64,000 nucleotides of DNA from the NCBI GenBank assembly GCA_042567505.1, contig JBHPJW010000006.1:1828-65827 (forward strand), read 5' to 3'. Shown piece after piece: positions 1 through 8,718 of the stretch. The notes under the pieces were generated by a model, which worked only from the letters and a program-made list of their open reading frames with translations, did no database searches and was not told the origin of the DNA. Every line of letters starts with the position of its first letter. Position 1 is the first letter of the stretch. The translations under genes and the position numbers were made by a program. The DNA is from Fibrobacterota bacterium (GTDB taxonomy: Bacteria > Fibrobacterota > Fibrobacteria > UBA11236 > JADFYW01).

Positions 1-6
1 GATCCC

Positions 7-387
7 ATGGGCCGATTGGTGGAGCTGACCGACTTGGTGGGGACGACTCCAAAAATTGCGGAAAATGTTTATCCCAATAGTTATCGAGGTCCAACCTGGC
101 TGCCCGGGTCACGCGCATTGATTTACGCCAAAAGGGAAGCCTCGCGTCTGAACCCGCTGGAGATTGTCAATCTGGAGCAATGGCTTTACAATCAGAATTA
201 TAAGCGCCTCACCATTTCCACTAATTCCAGCATTCATCGTGACGTGGACTGTCTGCCCAATCATCCCATAATTGTTTTCGCGGGGCAGTCAGGTTTGACC
301 TTTAAGATTTTCGGATCTTATCTGACCGGCGCGGATATTAAGCTTAAAAGCAGTAAAACAATGAACGACTATGCCCTTTTCAAGTAA
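7..387 (+). CDS. hypothetical protein, C-terminal part (ORF probably starts upstream of the window)
   Basis: Open frame from the window edge; no recognisable motifs; 17-nt overlap with next ORF. Confidence 0.4.
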   Translation: MGRLVELTDLVGTTPKIAENVYPNSYRGPTWLPGSRALIYAKREASRLNPLEIVNLEQWLYNQNYKRLTISTNSSIHRDVDCLPNHPIIVFAGQSGLTFKIFGSYLTGADIKLKSSKTMNDYALFK

Positions 388-1786
388 GCTGTTAGTCATA
401 GCGCTTTTTTTAATTCCAGCGGTCATCGGCCGGACTGATCCCCTTGATCTTTTGCAGAAGAACCATTTCATTGAATCCATTCAGGAATGGGACAAAGCCG
501 TCCAGGGAAAAAAGATGACCGAAGAGAAACTCAGAGCGTTGAAGGGGCAGGCCGTCGCTTATGAAAAACTCGGCAAGCTGTATAAAAAATTCCACGAGTT
601 TTTCTTCGTACTGTTAGAAGAGTATTATAACGCCATTTCCAAACACATTCAATCACCGACCCTTATGCTTTATCAGGGCCAGATTGATTATTATGACGGC
701 AACTACTCCAATGCCGTGAAGAAAATGGAGAAAGTGATAATAAATAAGAAGGCCTCTTTGCGGGAAAAGGACATGGCAAAGGTATATCGTCATTATGCCA
801 TGAACAAAATCCGCAAAAAGGATTTGAGGCTGGTTTTTAAATCAAAGTTTAATGATGTCAAGTGGCAGATGGTGGAACTGGATGAGCGTTTAGGCGTTCC
901 CAAAGGCTTAAAAGCCAAGGGCCCGCGAAGCGAAAGGAACAAGCTGAATATGCTCTTAAGGGATAAGAAAGCAAAAGATGAGGATGTTCAGAATAGCCTG
1001 GATAAAATACTGGGATTTGATAATTTCGCCGAAATAATATTGAACAAAGGGAAATTAACCCAGGTGAATTTTTATGATCCTATGATGCTTCAAACTCTTT
1101 CCCATGCTTTTTTCTATTTGAGCAAGGCCAAGAATCTGGATATCATAAGAAATGAACGCAAGCATCCGGTTCTTGCAAAAAAATTCAAAACCGCTTATAA
1201 TCTTGCCAACGCTTATTACCATCTGGGCCGTCTCGAAGAAGCTGAGAACCTCCTGCAGGGAGATAACTCAAAAAAAGCCTATCTTCTTCAGGCCCGGATA
1301 AAAATGAAAAGGAAAGAACCCGTTCAGGCCAAAAAAACGCTGGCGAATATTGCCAGAGGGAACCTATCCCCCGCCATGAAGCGGGATGTTGGTTTTGCTT
1401 TTTTTGAACTGGGACTAGATAAACAGAGAGCCTTAAAATTGACAGGGCTGGCTGTGAGCGAGAAGCCCATTTCCTCCTACTATCAGACTTATGCCGCGGT
1501 TTTATTCGGGCTGGGCCAGAAGGAAAAAGCACTTGAGGCTTACGCCAAAGGCTATAAGATTCAGTTTAGGAATAGTATTGAGCACATTAATCCTGAATAT
1601 ATGGTGGATTACACATTCGCCATTTACAGAACCAGCAAAATGAGATATGACGAAGTAGTGGAGACCTTGTATCATCTGCAGAAGGCCTATCCAGCCTCAA
1701 GGCAGATGCATTATTGCATGCAGGGGATCGCCGCAGCAGAAAGCAGGACTTTTGAAGGAGAAAAAATCTTTAAAAAGGGTGGATAG
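371..1786 (+). CDS. secreted hypothetical protein, helical-repeat (TPR-like) rich
   Basis: N-terminal hydrophobic signal-like segment (LLVIALFLIPAVIG); K/A/L-rich helical repeats; no catalytic motifs recognised. Confidence 0.5.
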   Translation: MPFSSKLLVIALFLIPAVIGRTDPLDLLQKNHFIESIQEWDKAVQGKKMTEEKLRALKGQAVAYEKLGKLYKKFHEFFFVLLEEYYNAISKHIQSPTLMLYQGQIDYYDGNYSNAVKKMEKVIINKKASLREKDMAKVYRHYAMNKIRKKDLRLVFKSKFNDVKWQMVELDERLGVPKGLKAKGPRSERNKLNMLLRDKKAKDEDVQNSLDKILGFDNFAEIILNKGKLTQVNFYDPMMLQTLSHAFFYLSKAKNLDIIRNERKHPVLAKKFKTAYNLANAYYHLGRLEEAENLLQGDNSKKAYLLQARIKMKRKEPVQAKKTLANIARGNLSPAMKRDVGFAFFELGLDKQRALKLTGLAVSEKPISSYYQTYAAVLFGLGQKEKALEAYAKGYKIQFRNSIEHINPEYMVDYTFAIYRTSKMRYDEVVETLYHLQKAYPASRQMHYCMQGIAAAESRTFEGEKIFKKGG

Positions 1787-1791
1787 ATCAC

Positions 1792-3444
1792 ATGGGAAAT
1801 ATAATTATGAAACCAGATAATAGAAAAACGGGCCTGATCACCAGATTGGGATGGAGACTTGCCGGGACCTTCACGTTCGTGATGTGTGTCCTGCTCATAT
1901 CAGCTGGTTTGGCAGGATCCGGCGACAAGGGCGGAAAGATTATTTATGCGGAACTCATTCTGCCTGATACCTACAATCCTCTGACGACCACGGATAATGA
2001 AACCGCCCTGAGATTGTCTGAATTGATCTTCGAGTCCCTGGTCTACATTGACCACAGAGGTGACGTCAAAGGCAGGTTGGCGGAGAAATGGAAAGTGTTT
2101 GAAGGGAACAAGAGAATCGTGTTTACTCTGAGGAAAGGAGTTAAATGGCATGATGGGAAACCGTTTACCGCTGATGACGTGAAGTTCACCTATGATGCCA
2201 TCATGAATCCCCTATCGGACGTACCCTCGGAAAGGAGAAAGGCCCTGCAGGTGATAAAGTCCGTGAAGGTATTGAGCCCAAACGTGATCAAATTCGACTT
2301 TATTTCCAGCGTTCCAGAACCGGAAAAAAGGTTTTTATTTAAAATATTGCCCCGGCACGCGCTGGGAGGCAAATCAGTTCTCTCCAAGTTGTCTAAATTC
2401 GCTAAAGATCCGGTAGGCACGGGATATTATAAGTTTATCCGGGAGACTAAAAACAAGGATATCATTTTGGAGGGATTTACCGATCATTACATGGGCACCC
2501 CCAACATTCCCGACATAACCATGCGTTACCAACCGGAGGTTTCCCTTCTCGTTCAGAGCCTCATTTTAAATGCCATTGATTTGATGATAGAGGTTCCTCC
2601 TCAGAAAATAACGGAAATTGCCAACACGGGGAAATTCACCATACTTCCCTATAATTCCCTTACGTTTGCTTTTTTCGGGTTCAATTTTAATAACCCTGTG
2701 TTGAGGATCAAGGAGGTCCGTCAGGCCATCTCCTTTGCTCTGGACAGGCAAAAAATGCTGGATGATATCTATTTCAGCAGGGGAGAGATTATCTCCGGCC
2801 CCTTTTCCCCGGCTTCATGGGGCTATAATCCCGATGTGGCGCCAAGGTCATATAATTTAAAAAAAGCCAAGAAGCTCATTGCTAAGGCCGGTCTTAAAGA
2901 TACAGATAAAGATGGCATTGTGGAATATAATGGAAGGCCTGTGAAACTTAAGCTCAAAATACCTCTTTACAGCGGTAACGAAGGCGGGTTGTCTGTGTGC
3001 CTTAGATTTCAGAACCATTTAAAGAACATCGGGCTTGGGGTCGTGCTGGAACACCGGGAAATCGTAAAATGGAAAAAAGAAGTGAAAGATAAGCATGATT
3101 TTGATATTGTATTCGCTGAGTGGTTATTTGATAATTCCTCAAATATCTATTCTCTGTTTCACTCCAGCGAAAGTAAGCCCATGGGAGATAACTTTATCTC
3201 TTATAAGAATAAACGGGTTGACAGCCTGTTGACGGTCTTTTCCGAGACCATTAACCAGGAAGTGCGCAGGCGCATCAATTATGAACTTCATACCATTCTC
3301 AATGAAGAGGTTCCTTATTGTTTTCTGTGGACGTTGGAGAAGAATTCGGCCATTGATAACAAGGTTAAGAAATTCATTGTTCAACCATACAGGTTTTTTA
3401 CTTTTGCTAACGAATGGTACATTCCGAAGAAAGAAAGGGAATAA
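1792..3444 (+). CDS. ABC transporter substrate-binding protein, family 5 (oligopeptide/dipeptide-binding, OppA/DppA-like)
   Basis: N-terminal TM/signal segment; conserved SBP_bac_5 region (VKWHDGKPFTADDVKFTYD); followed by permease and ATPase genes. Confidence 0.85.
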   Translation: MGNIIMKPDNRKTGLITRLGWRLAGTFTFVMCVLLISAGLAGSGDKGGKIIYAELILPDTYNPLTTTDNETALRLSELIFESLVYIDHRGDVKGRLAEKWKVFEGNKRIVFTLRKGVKWHDGKPFTADDVKFTYDAIMNPLSDVPSERRKALQVIKSVKVLSPNVIKFDFISSVPEPEKRFLFKILPRHALGGKSVLSKLSKFAKDPVGTGYYKFIRETKNKDIILEGFTDHYMGTPNIPDITMRYQPEVSLLVQSLILNAIDLMIEVPPQKITEIANTGKFTILPYNSLTFAFFGFNFNNPVLRIKEVRQAISFALDRQKMLDDIYFSRGEIISGPFSPASWGYNPDVAPRSYNLKKAKKLIAKAGLKDTDKDGIVEYNGRPVKLKLKIPLYSGNEGGLSVCLRFQNHLKNIGLGVVLEHREIVKWKKEVKDKHDFDIVFAEWLFDNSSNIYSLFHSSESKPMGDNFISYKNKRVDSLLTVFSETINQEVRRRINYELHTILNEEVPYCFLWTLEKNSAIDNKVKKFIVQPYRFFTFANEWYIPKKERE

Positions 3445-3446
3445 CA

Positions 3447-3862
3447 TGGGTTTACATATTATCAAAAAAGCAGGAGTTGGCTGGATACTGGTTTTTTTCC
3501 TTTTAGTCGGCTGTGGTCCCAGTCTCAAGGGAATGGTGGTAATGCCGGATGGCTCAAAAATATCTGAACCCAATGTGGTCGTCTATACCAATCCATGGAC
3601 GGATTCGGTGAAGGTGAAGAATGATGGGACGTTTTCCATCCGGAAAAACGTCAATGATAAAAATAAATACACTTTAATTGCGGAAGATCCGGACGGTAAC
3701 ATGGGGTTTGTTCGGGGGTATCAACTCAGTAATGAGAACAAAGACAATGTTGTCATAAGATTATCGCGCGAAATGGATGCCAAGGAGGCGGTGATTGAAG
3801 GAGATCTTTATATAGATCAAGACTCAGGACCAGGAGAGAAAATTTTAAAATCCAGCCAGTGA
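3447..3862 (+). CDS. small lipoprotein with carboxypeptidase-regulatory-like beta-sandwich domain
   Basis: Lipobox-type signal peptide (FFLLVGCGPS); motifs VVMPDGS...GTFSI typical of CarbopepD_reg-like folds; inserted between the binding-protein gene and permease gene. Confidence 0.5.
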
Positions 3863-3991
3863 TTGTTTCCCGGCACGCACTTAAGCCGTGAAGAAAGGCA
3901 GAAATAATCAGTCGCAAGAGTGTACTTTCCTTTGCCTTTCAGGCGCTTTTCAACTGGAATAGAAATATCTGTGAAACATAAGCCCGTTTTT

Positions 3992-4897
3992 ATGACTATT
4001 GTAAAAAAACTGGGGCAGTTTGTTATTTCTGTCTTTTGCGCCAGCATATTGATTTTTTTTATTGTGCAGCTGACACCCGGAAATATTGCGGAAATACATA
4101 GTTTATCCCCTGCCACTGCTGCCGGCCTGCATTTAGACAGACCGGCGTGGATACAGTATTTATACTGGCTGCTGGCTAGCATTCAGCTGGATTTTGGAGT
4201 GTCGCTCACTGACGGAACCCCGGTGCTTCATCTCCTGATTAATTATGCCGGCACTACCCTGGTGTTAACGGTGGGCTCCTTATTGCTTTCTTTATCAGTA
4301 TCTATTCCCATTGCCGTATTCCTTGGCACCGCGCCGGAGTCACGTACTGGTCAATTGCTTACTACCATCATCTACAGTTTTTCCTCCATTCCCGTATTTG
4401 TGGTAGGATACATTGTGCTGGCCATCGTTTTTGGGGTATTCAAATTTTATCCGCTGGATGTTCCCGAAGGAGACTGGAGGTTCTGGCCCTGGATGGCTTA
4501 TTACGTCTTACCGGTGATTGTGCTGGCCCTGGGCAATGGGACCCTGGGTGAATTTGTGCGGGTTCTGTCGCTGGAAATCCGCTCTGCAAACCGCTCGTTG
4601 TTTATCAAGGCCGCGCGTTCCAGGGGAGCGGGATTACTGAGGCATTTTTTCCGTCCGGTTGTCATACCGTTTATGAGTGTGGTAGTTTCCCGTTTTGCCG
4701 TGCTCATTAGCGGGGTGATTGTGGTGGAAAGAATTTTTAACCGGCATGGATTGGGGTGGCTTACCTGGGAAGCTACTTTAAACCGGGATTTTTTTGTCAT
4801 TATGGCTGTGGTTCTCTTGACTGCTTTATCGGTCAGACTTCTCATGCTGCTGCATGAGATACTGGCCTATACGCTGGATCCGAGGTTGAGGAAATAA
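3992..4897 (+). CDS. ABC transporter permease (OppB/DppB-like)
   Basis: Multi-TM protein; BPD_transp_1-type conserved loop; operon context. Start placed at internal Met MTIVKKLG. Confidence 0.8.
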   Translation: MTIVKKLGQFVISVFCASILIFFIVQLTPGNIAEIHSLSPATAAGLHLDRPAWIQYLYWLLASIQLDFGVSLTDGTPVLHLLINYAGTTLVLTVGSLLLSLSVSIPIAVFLGTAPESRTGQLLTTIIYSFSSIPVFVVGYIVLAIVFGVFKFYPLDVPEGDWRFWPWMAYYVLPVIVLALGNGTLGEFVRVLSLEIRSANRSLFIKAARSRGAGLLRHFFRPVVIPFMSVVVSRFAVLISGVIVVERIFNRHGLGWLTWEATLNRDFFVIMAVVLLTALSVRLLMLLHEILAYTLDPRLRK

Positions 4898-4908
4898 CCT
4901 GAAACGTT

Positions 4909-6006
4909 ATGAAGGTAATAGCTTTTTTAAAGGAACCCGGCTCTATCAGGATTATTGTTGGATCCTTTATCGTGGTGTTGCTTATTTTCATGGCGTTATT
5001 TGGGAACAAGGTGCTCTCCTATACTGCCCAGTATATGGATCCCGAATACATCATGGAGCCGCCCTCTCTAAAACTGTTCCGTTCCTTTCTCATTACCGAA
5101 AAAGGTTTGAGAAATCTAGGGCGTTATGAGGAGTCGGATAGGTCGTCCGGCGCTCTATCCGGCAAAAGTCATGATGATGAAGATAGTTATCCCCAGGAAT
5201 CATCCTACGGGGAAGGAGTTGATGCAGACGGGGAATATTTCGCTGAGGAAGAAGAAGACCTTAGCTACCTGGCGGGGGAGGAAAGCCGGGAAGAATCCTC
5301 GACAGCTGGGGCCGCAGGAACAAAGCACAGTCATTATTTTGGCACGGACAGGGACGGACGGGACCTCTTGGCCCTGTTAGTCGCCGGCGCCAAGTCCTGT
5401 ATCCTACCGGGATTGCTGACCTGCCTGGTTGCCCTGGGACTTGGGATACCGCTGGGAATAACAGGAGGATATTATGGAGGCCGTTGGGCCGAATTCATAC
5501 AGTTTTTAAACAGTGTAATTCTTTCCTTTCCCAGGTTTGTGCTTATATTGGTAGTAATTTGTGCTCTGGAACCTAATGTTTATATTACCATGGTGGTTCT
5601 GGGGCTCACTATCGTACCCCGTGTGTCGGAATTGATGAGAAACCGGGTCCGCGCTCTCTCCAATATGGGCTTTGTGCTGGCGGCCAGGGAAAGCGGCCTG
5701 TCCGACTGGAAGATAATGGCGCGGCATTTGTTCTGGTTCCAGAACCGCACTATGTTTTTTGTTCAGGCATCCATAATCATGTCCGAGTCTATTCTGGTGG
5801 AAACGACCTTGAGTTATCTTCAGTTTGGGACAAAACCCCCTGATGTTTCCTGGGGAAATATTATTGAAGGGAGCAGACTGGCGTTTTTCAGTGAATATTA
5901 CTGGATCACTTTTTTCCCCGCTGTAGCCATAGTGACGGCGATCTTGGGCTTTTTTTATCTGGGCGACGGGTTAAACGCGAGGCTGGAGTACCGTGAACGA
6001 AAATAA
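4909..6006 (+). CDS. ABC transporter permease (OppC/DppC-like) with ~85-aa acidic low-complexity insert
   Basis: Conserved segment ILPGLLTCLVALGLGIPLGITGGYYGG; acidic D/E/S-rich insertion after TM1. Confidence 0.8.
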   Translation: MKVIAFLKEPGSIRIIVGSFIVVLLIFMALFGNKVLSYTAQYMDPEYIMEPPSLKLFRSFLITEKGLRNLGRYEESDRSSGALSGKSHDDEDSYPQESSYGEGVDADGEYFAEEEEDLSYLAGEESREESSTAGAAGTKHSHYFGTDRDGRDLLALLVAGAKSCILPGLLTCLVALGLGIPLGITGGYYGGRWAEFIQFLNSVILSFPRFVLILVVICALEPNVYITMVVLGLTIVPRVSELMRNRVRALSNMGFVLAARESGLSDWKIMARHLFWFQNRTMFFVQASIIMSESILVETTLSYLQFGTKPPDVSWGNIIEGSRLAFFSEYYWITFFPAVAIVTAILGFFYLGDGLNARLEYRERK

Positions 6007-6889
6007 TCAGGAATTGTTATCAGTCCGGAACCTTTCCGTTGACTTTGGCGATACCGCAGACAGGTTTAAAGCGGTCATAGACTTGAGTTTGGAAGTCCAT
6101 CCCGGGGAAATAGTGGGACTGATTGGCGAGTCGGGCAGCGGGAAAACTACCTCCGCTCATGCCATACTGGGACTCATTGACGCTTTGCCTGGAGTGTGTT
6201 CCGGGGAAGCATTTTTTAAAGGCAGCTCCATATTGCCGGATCCTTCCAAATACATCAGGGAAAAGAAAGGTAAAATAGCTAAAAGGTTTTCGGCCTTTCA
6301 AAAAAAGCAGAAACAATTGCTGAGGCCCCTGTTGGGAAGGGAGATTGCCGCAATTTTCCAGGAACCAAAGTCAGCTCTGAATCCCTTCATTTCCATCAAG
6401 GGTCATCTGCTGGAATCCATAGCTAGAAGTGAGATTCAGACTCCGGATCCCATCAAGTACGGGCAGGAAATGCTGACCCAGGTAGGAATCGTGGAAGGGG
6501 AAAAAGTGTGGGACCAACACCCTCATCAGCTCAGTGGCGGCATGGCACAGAGGGTCATGATTGCCATGGCGCTCTGTTGCAATCCCAAGCTGATTATTGC
6601 TGACGAACCCACTACGGCCCTGGATGTTACCACCCAGGCCAAGTTGCTGGAATTTTTTCTAAGGCTGAAGAAAGACAGGAGGTTGAGCATGTTGCTGATA
6701 ACCCATGATATAGGAGTGGTCCGTTCAGTATCAGACAGGATTTACGTGATGTTAAAAGGAAAAATTGTTGAATCGGGAAACACTGCAGAGATTATCCAGG
6801 ATCCGAAACATAGGTATACCCAGGGCCTTCTCCATTCTTTCCTGAAAATAGGAGAACGAAGGATAAGGGGACGGAAGAGAGCAGAATAA
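5993..6889 (+). CDS. ABC transporter ATP-binding protein (OppD/DppD-like)
   Basis: Walker A GESGSGKTT; signature LSGGMAQR; Walker B IIADEPTTALD. Confidence 0.9.
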   Translation: MNENNQELLSVRNLSVDFGDTADRFKAVIDLSLEVHPGEIVGLIGESGSGKTTSAHAILGLIDALPGVCSGEAFFKGSSILPDPSKYIREKKGKIAKRFSAFQKKQKQLLRPLLGREIAAIFQEPKSALNPFISIKGHLLESIARSEIQTPDPIKYGQEMLTQVGIVEGEKVWDQHPHQLSGGMAQRVMIAMALCCNPKLIIADEPTTALDVTTQAKLLEFFLRLKKDRRLSMLLITHDIGVVRSVSDRIYVMLKGKIVESGNTAEIIQDPKHRYTQGLLHSFLKIGERRIRGRKRAE

Positions 6890-6961
6890 TTATGAATTCT
6901 GGATTATAAATTCTGAATCAGGTGATAGACCATCAAGGGAAAGAGGCCAGAAGAAAGAAGA

Positions 6962-7046
6962 CAGTAGTGGTCAGGAATCAGGAGTCAGATTGCATACCTG
7001 CCTCACTGACCCCTGAACCCTGGCAACTGACTCCTCAAACGCCTAA
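6962..7046 (+). repeat. ~85-nt CAGGAGTCAG-heptad intergenic element inside the peptide ABC transporter operon (between the ATPase genes)
   Basis: gtagtggtcaggaatcaggagtcagat...cactgacccctgaaccctggcaactgactcctcaaacgcctaagg; collinear with 39015-39095; reverse-complement copy at 14570-14603. Confidence 0.75.
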
Positions 7047-7052
7047 GGAATA

Positions 7053-8063
7053 ATGAAGACAGCCATGCAGACACTGGTAGAAGCAAAAAACCTGGTAAAG
7101 AAATTTTCTCTGGGAGACTCGGAATTCCTGGCTGTGGACGATGTCAGCCTGGAAATAAAACCGGGTAAGACCTACGGACTGGTGGGAGAAAGCGCTTGTG
7201 GTAAATCAACCGTGGCCCTTTCGCTTCTGGCACTGCAAACGGTTGATTCCGGGGAGGTCTGGTTCAACGGCAAGAATATACTGGCTCTGCCGAAACCACG
7301 GTTGAGAGAGCTCAGGCGTCATATCAGGTTGCTTTTTCAGAATCCCGAAGCAGTGCTAAACAGCGGCATGACCGTCAGCCAGGTTCTGTATGAGGAACTG
7401 GAAAAAGAAAAAGAAATGAGCAGGCAGCAAAAGCAGGAATTAATCTGGCAGACTATTAAGCAGGTCGGTCTGAACGAGGGACATCTGCTCAGGCATCCTC
7501 CGGGTTTAAGCACCGGTGAGAAGCAGAGGGCGGCGATTGCCAGGGCTATTATTACCCGGCCTAAATTCCTGGTATGTGATGAGCCTGTCGCAAGCCTGGA
7601 TATGTCACTGAAATCCAGTATCATAGAACTTTTAATGGACCTTCAGTACCAATTGGATTTGTCTTATCTGTATATTTCTCATAATCTGGGACTGGTGAGA
7701 AAGATGGCCCATAATATTGGGATAATGTACATGGGCAACCTGGTGGAAGAGGCTCCTGTGGAGTTTTTCACTGTACACAGGGTTCTGCACCCTTATTCTA
7801 AATTGTTACTGGCCTCCGTACCCAGCACATTTCCCGATGAGTTCCATGAGATTTTAAAAGATTACCCTGACGTGGAACCCAGCCGGTTCCAGGAGGGATG
7901 TCCTTTCCGTAATCGCTGTCCTTTCTATCTTTCCAATCCCATCAGGCCCTGTGAGACCAGGAACCCGCGCCTGGTGAACCATGGAGATAATAGAAAAGTG
8001 GCCTGTCATCAGGTCAAGAGCGCGGTGTACAAGGGGCTGTGGGGGTTGTCAACTGGTGTATAA
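7053..8063 (+). CDS. ABC transporter ATP-binding protein (OppF/DppF-like) with C-terminal oligopeptide-transporter extension
   Basis: Walker A GESACGKST; signature LSTGEKQR; Walker B LVCDEP; C-terminal Cys-containing tail as in OppF. Confidence 0.9.
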   Translation: MKTAMQTLVEAKNLVKKFSLGDSEFLAVDDVSLEIKPGKTYGLVGESACGKSTVALSLLALQTVDSGEVWFNGKNILALPKPRLRELRRHIRLLFQNPEAVLNSGMTVSQVLYEELEKEKEMSRQQKQELIWQTIKQVGLNEGHLLRHPPGLSTGEKQRAAIARAIITRPKFLVCDEPVASLDMSLKSSIIELLMDLQYQLDLSYLYISHNLGLVRKMAHNIGIMYMGNLVEEAPVEFFTVHRVLHPYSKLLLASVPSTFPDEFHEILKDYPDVEPSRFQEGCPFRNRCPFYLSNPIRPCETRNPRLVNHGDNRKVACHQVKSAVYKGLWGLSTGV

Positions 8064-8100
8064 TCCGCTTATCACTTATTAAGATATACTTGATATATCG

Positions 8101-8132
8101 GCGTACCAGCGGTACGCCGCTGGCATGCCGTT
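8101..8132. repeat. variant palindromic element (cggcgtacc-agc-ggtacgccg) after the second ABC ATPase gene
   Basis: cggcgtaccagcggtacgccgctggcatgccg. Confidence 0.55.
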
Positions 8133-8155
8133 AAATATATAGAGGCAATCTTTGG

Positions 8156-8656
8156 TTAACTGAATTCCCTATCAAGTATGGAGTGGATGAATTTTTCCAG
8201 GCTGATGGGATAAAACCGGGGATGAGGGCACCAAATTACCCCGGTGTTTATTTTTTCCTGTCTCTCCAGTTCTTCCAGGACATTTTTCAGGATTTCTTTA
8301 TCACAGGCTTCAAAAATCTCAATGGTAAGGTTTCCTCCTTTAATGTTTTTGTTCTCCTGCGGTGCAATCTTAAAGGAAAAGGTTCTGCTGACAATGCTCT
8401 TGTCCATGAAGGGTTCCGGCTCTTCAAAAATCTCCTCGAATTTTTCATTATTCGGGTGGGGTGAAAAAACCAGTTTGGGGCTGACCGTGATTTCACCCTT
8501 TAATTTGACTGATCCGGAATCTTTGGCGGTATTTGGCCCTACGAGAATATAAGGAAGAATATGATATCCCTGTACAATGCCGGTTATGGGTTTTCTGGAG
8601 ATTTCCGTTGATTTAAAGATCGAATGGATAAATTCATTGTCTACATCATCATGCAT
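8156..8656 (-). CDS. hypothetical protein
   Basis: 166-aa ORF, no recognised motifs. Confidence 0.45.
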   Translation of the reverse strand: MHDDVDNEFIHSIFKSTEISRKPITGIVQGYHILPYILVGPNTAKDSGSVKLKGEITVSPKLVFSPHPNNEKFEEIFEEPEPFMDKSIVSRTFSFKIAPQENKNIKGGNLTIEIFEACDKEILKNVLEELERQEKINTGVIWCPHPRFYPISLEKFIHSILDREFS

Positions 8657-8718
8657 ATGATTCCAAGGTAAAAAATTGCAGACCGGATTTCTAACCCGGG
8701 CAGGTAACCGAGAGGCGC

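Noticed and set aside
8183-8552. ORFs 8183-8464, 8244-8552, 8287-8496
   Set aside because: Overlap the longer 8156-8656 minus-strand ORF; no independent support.
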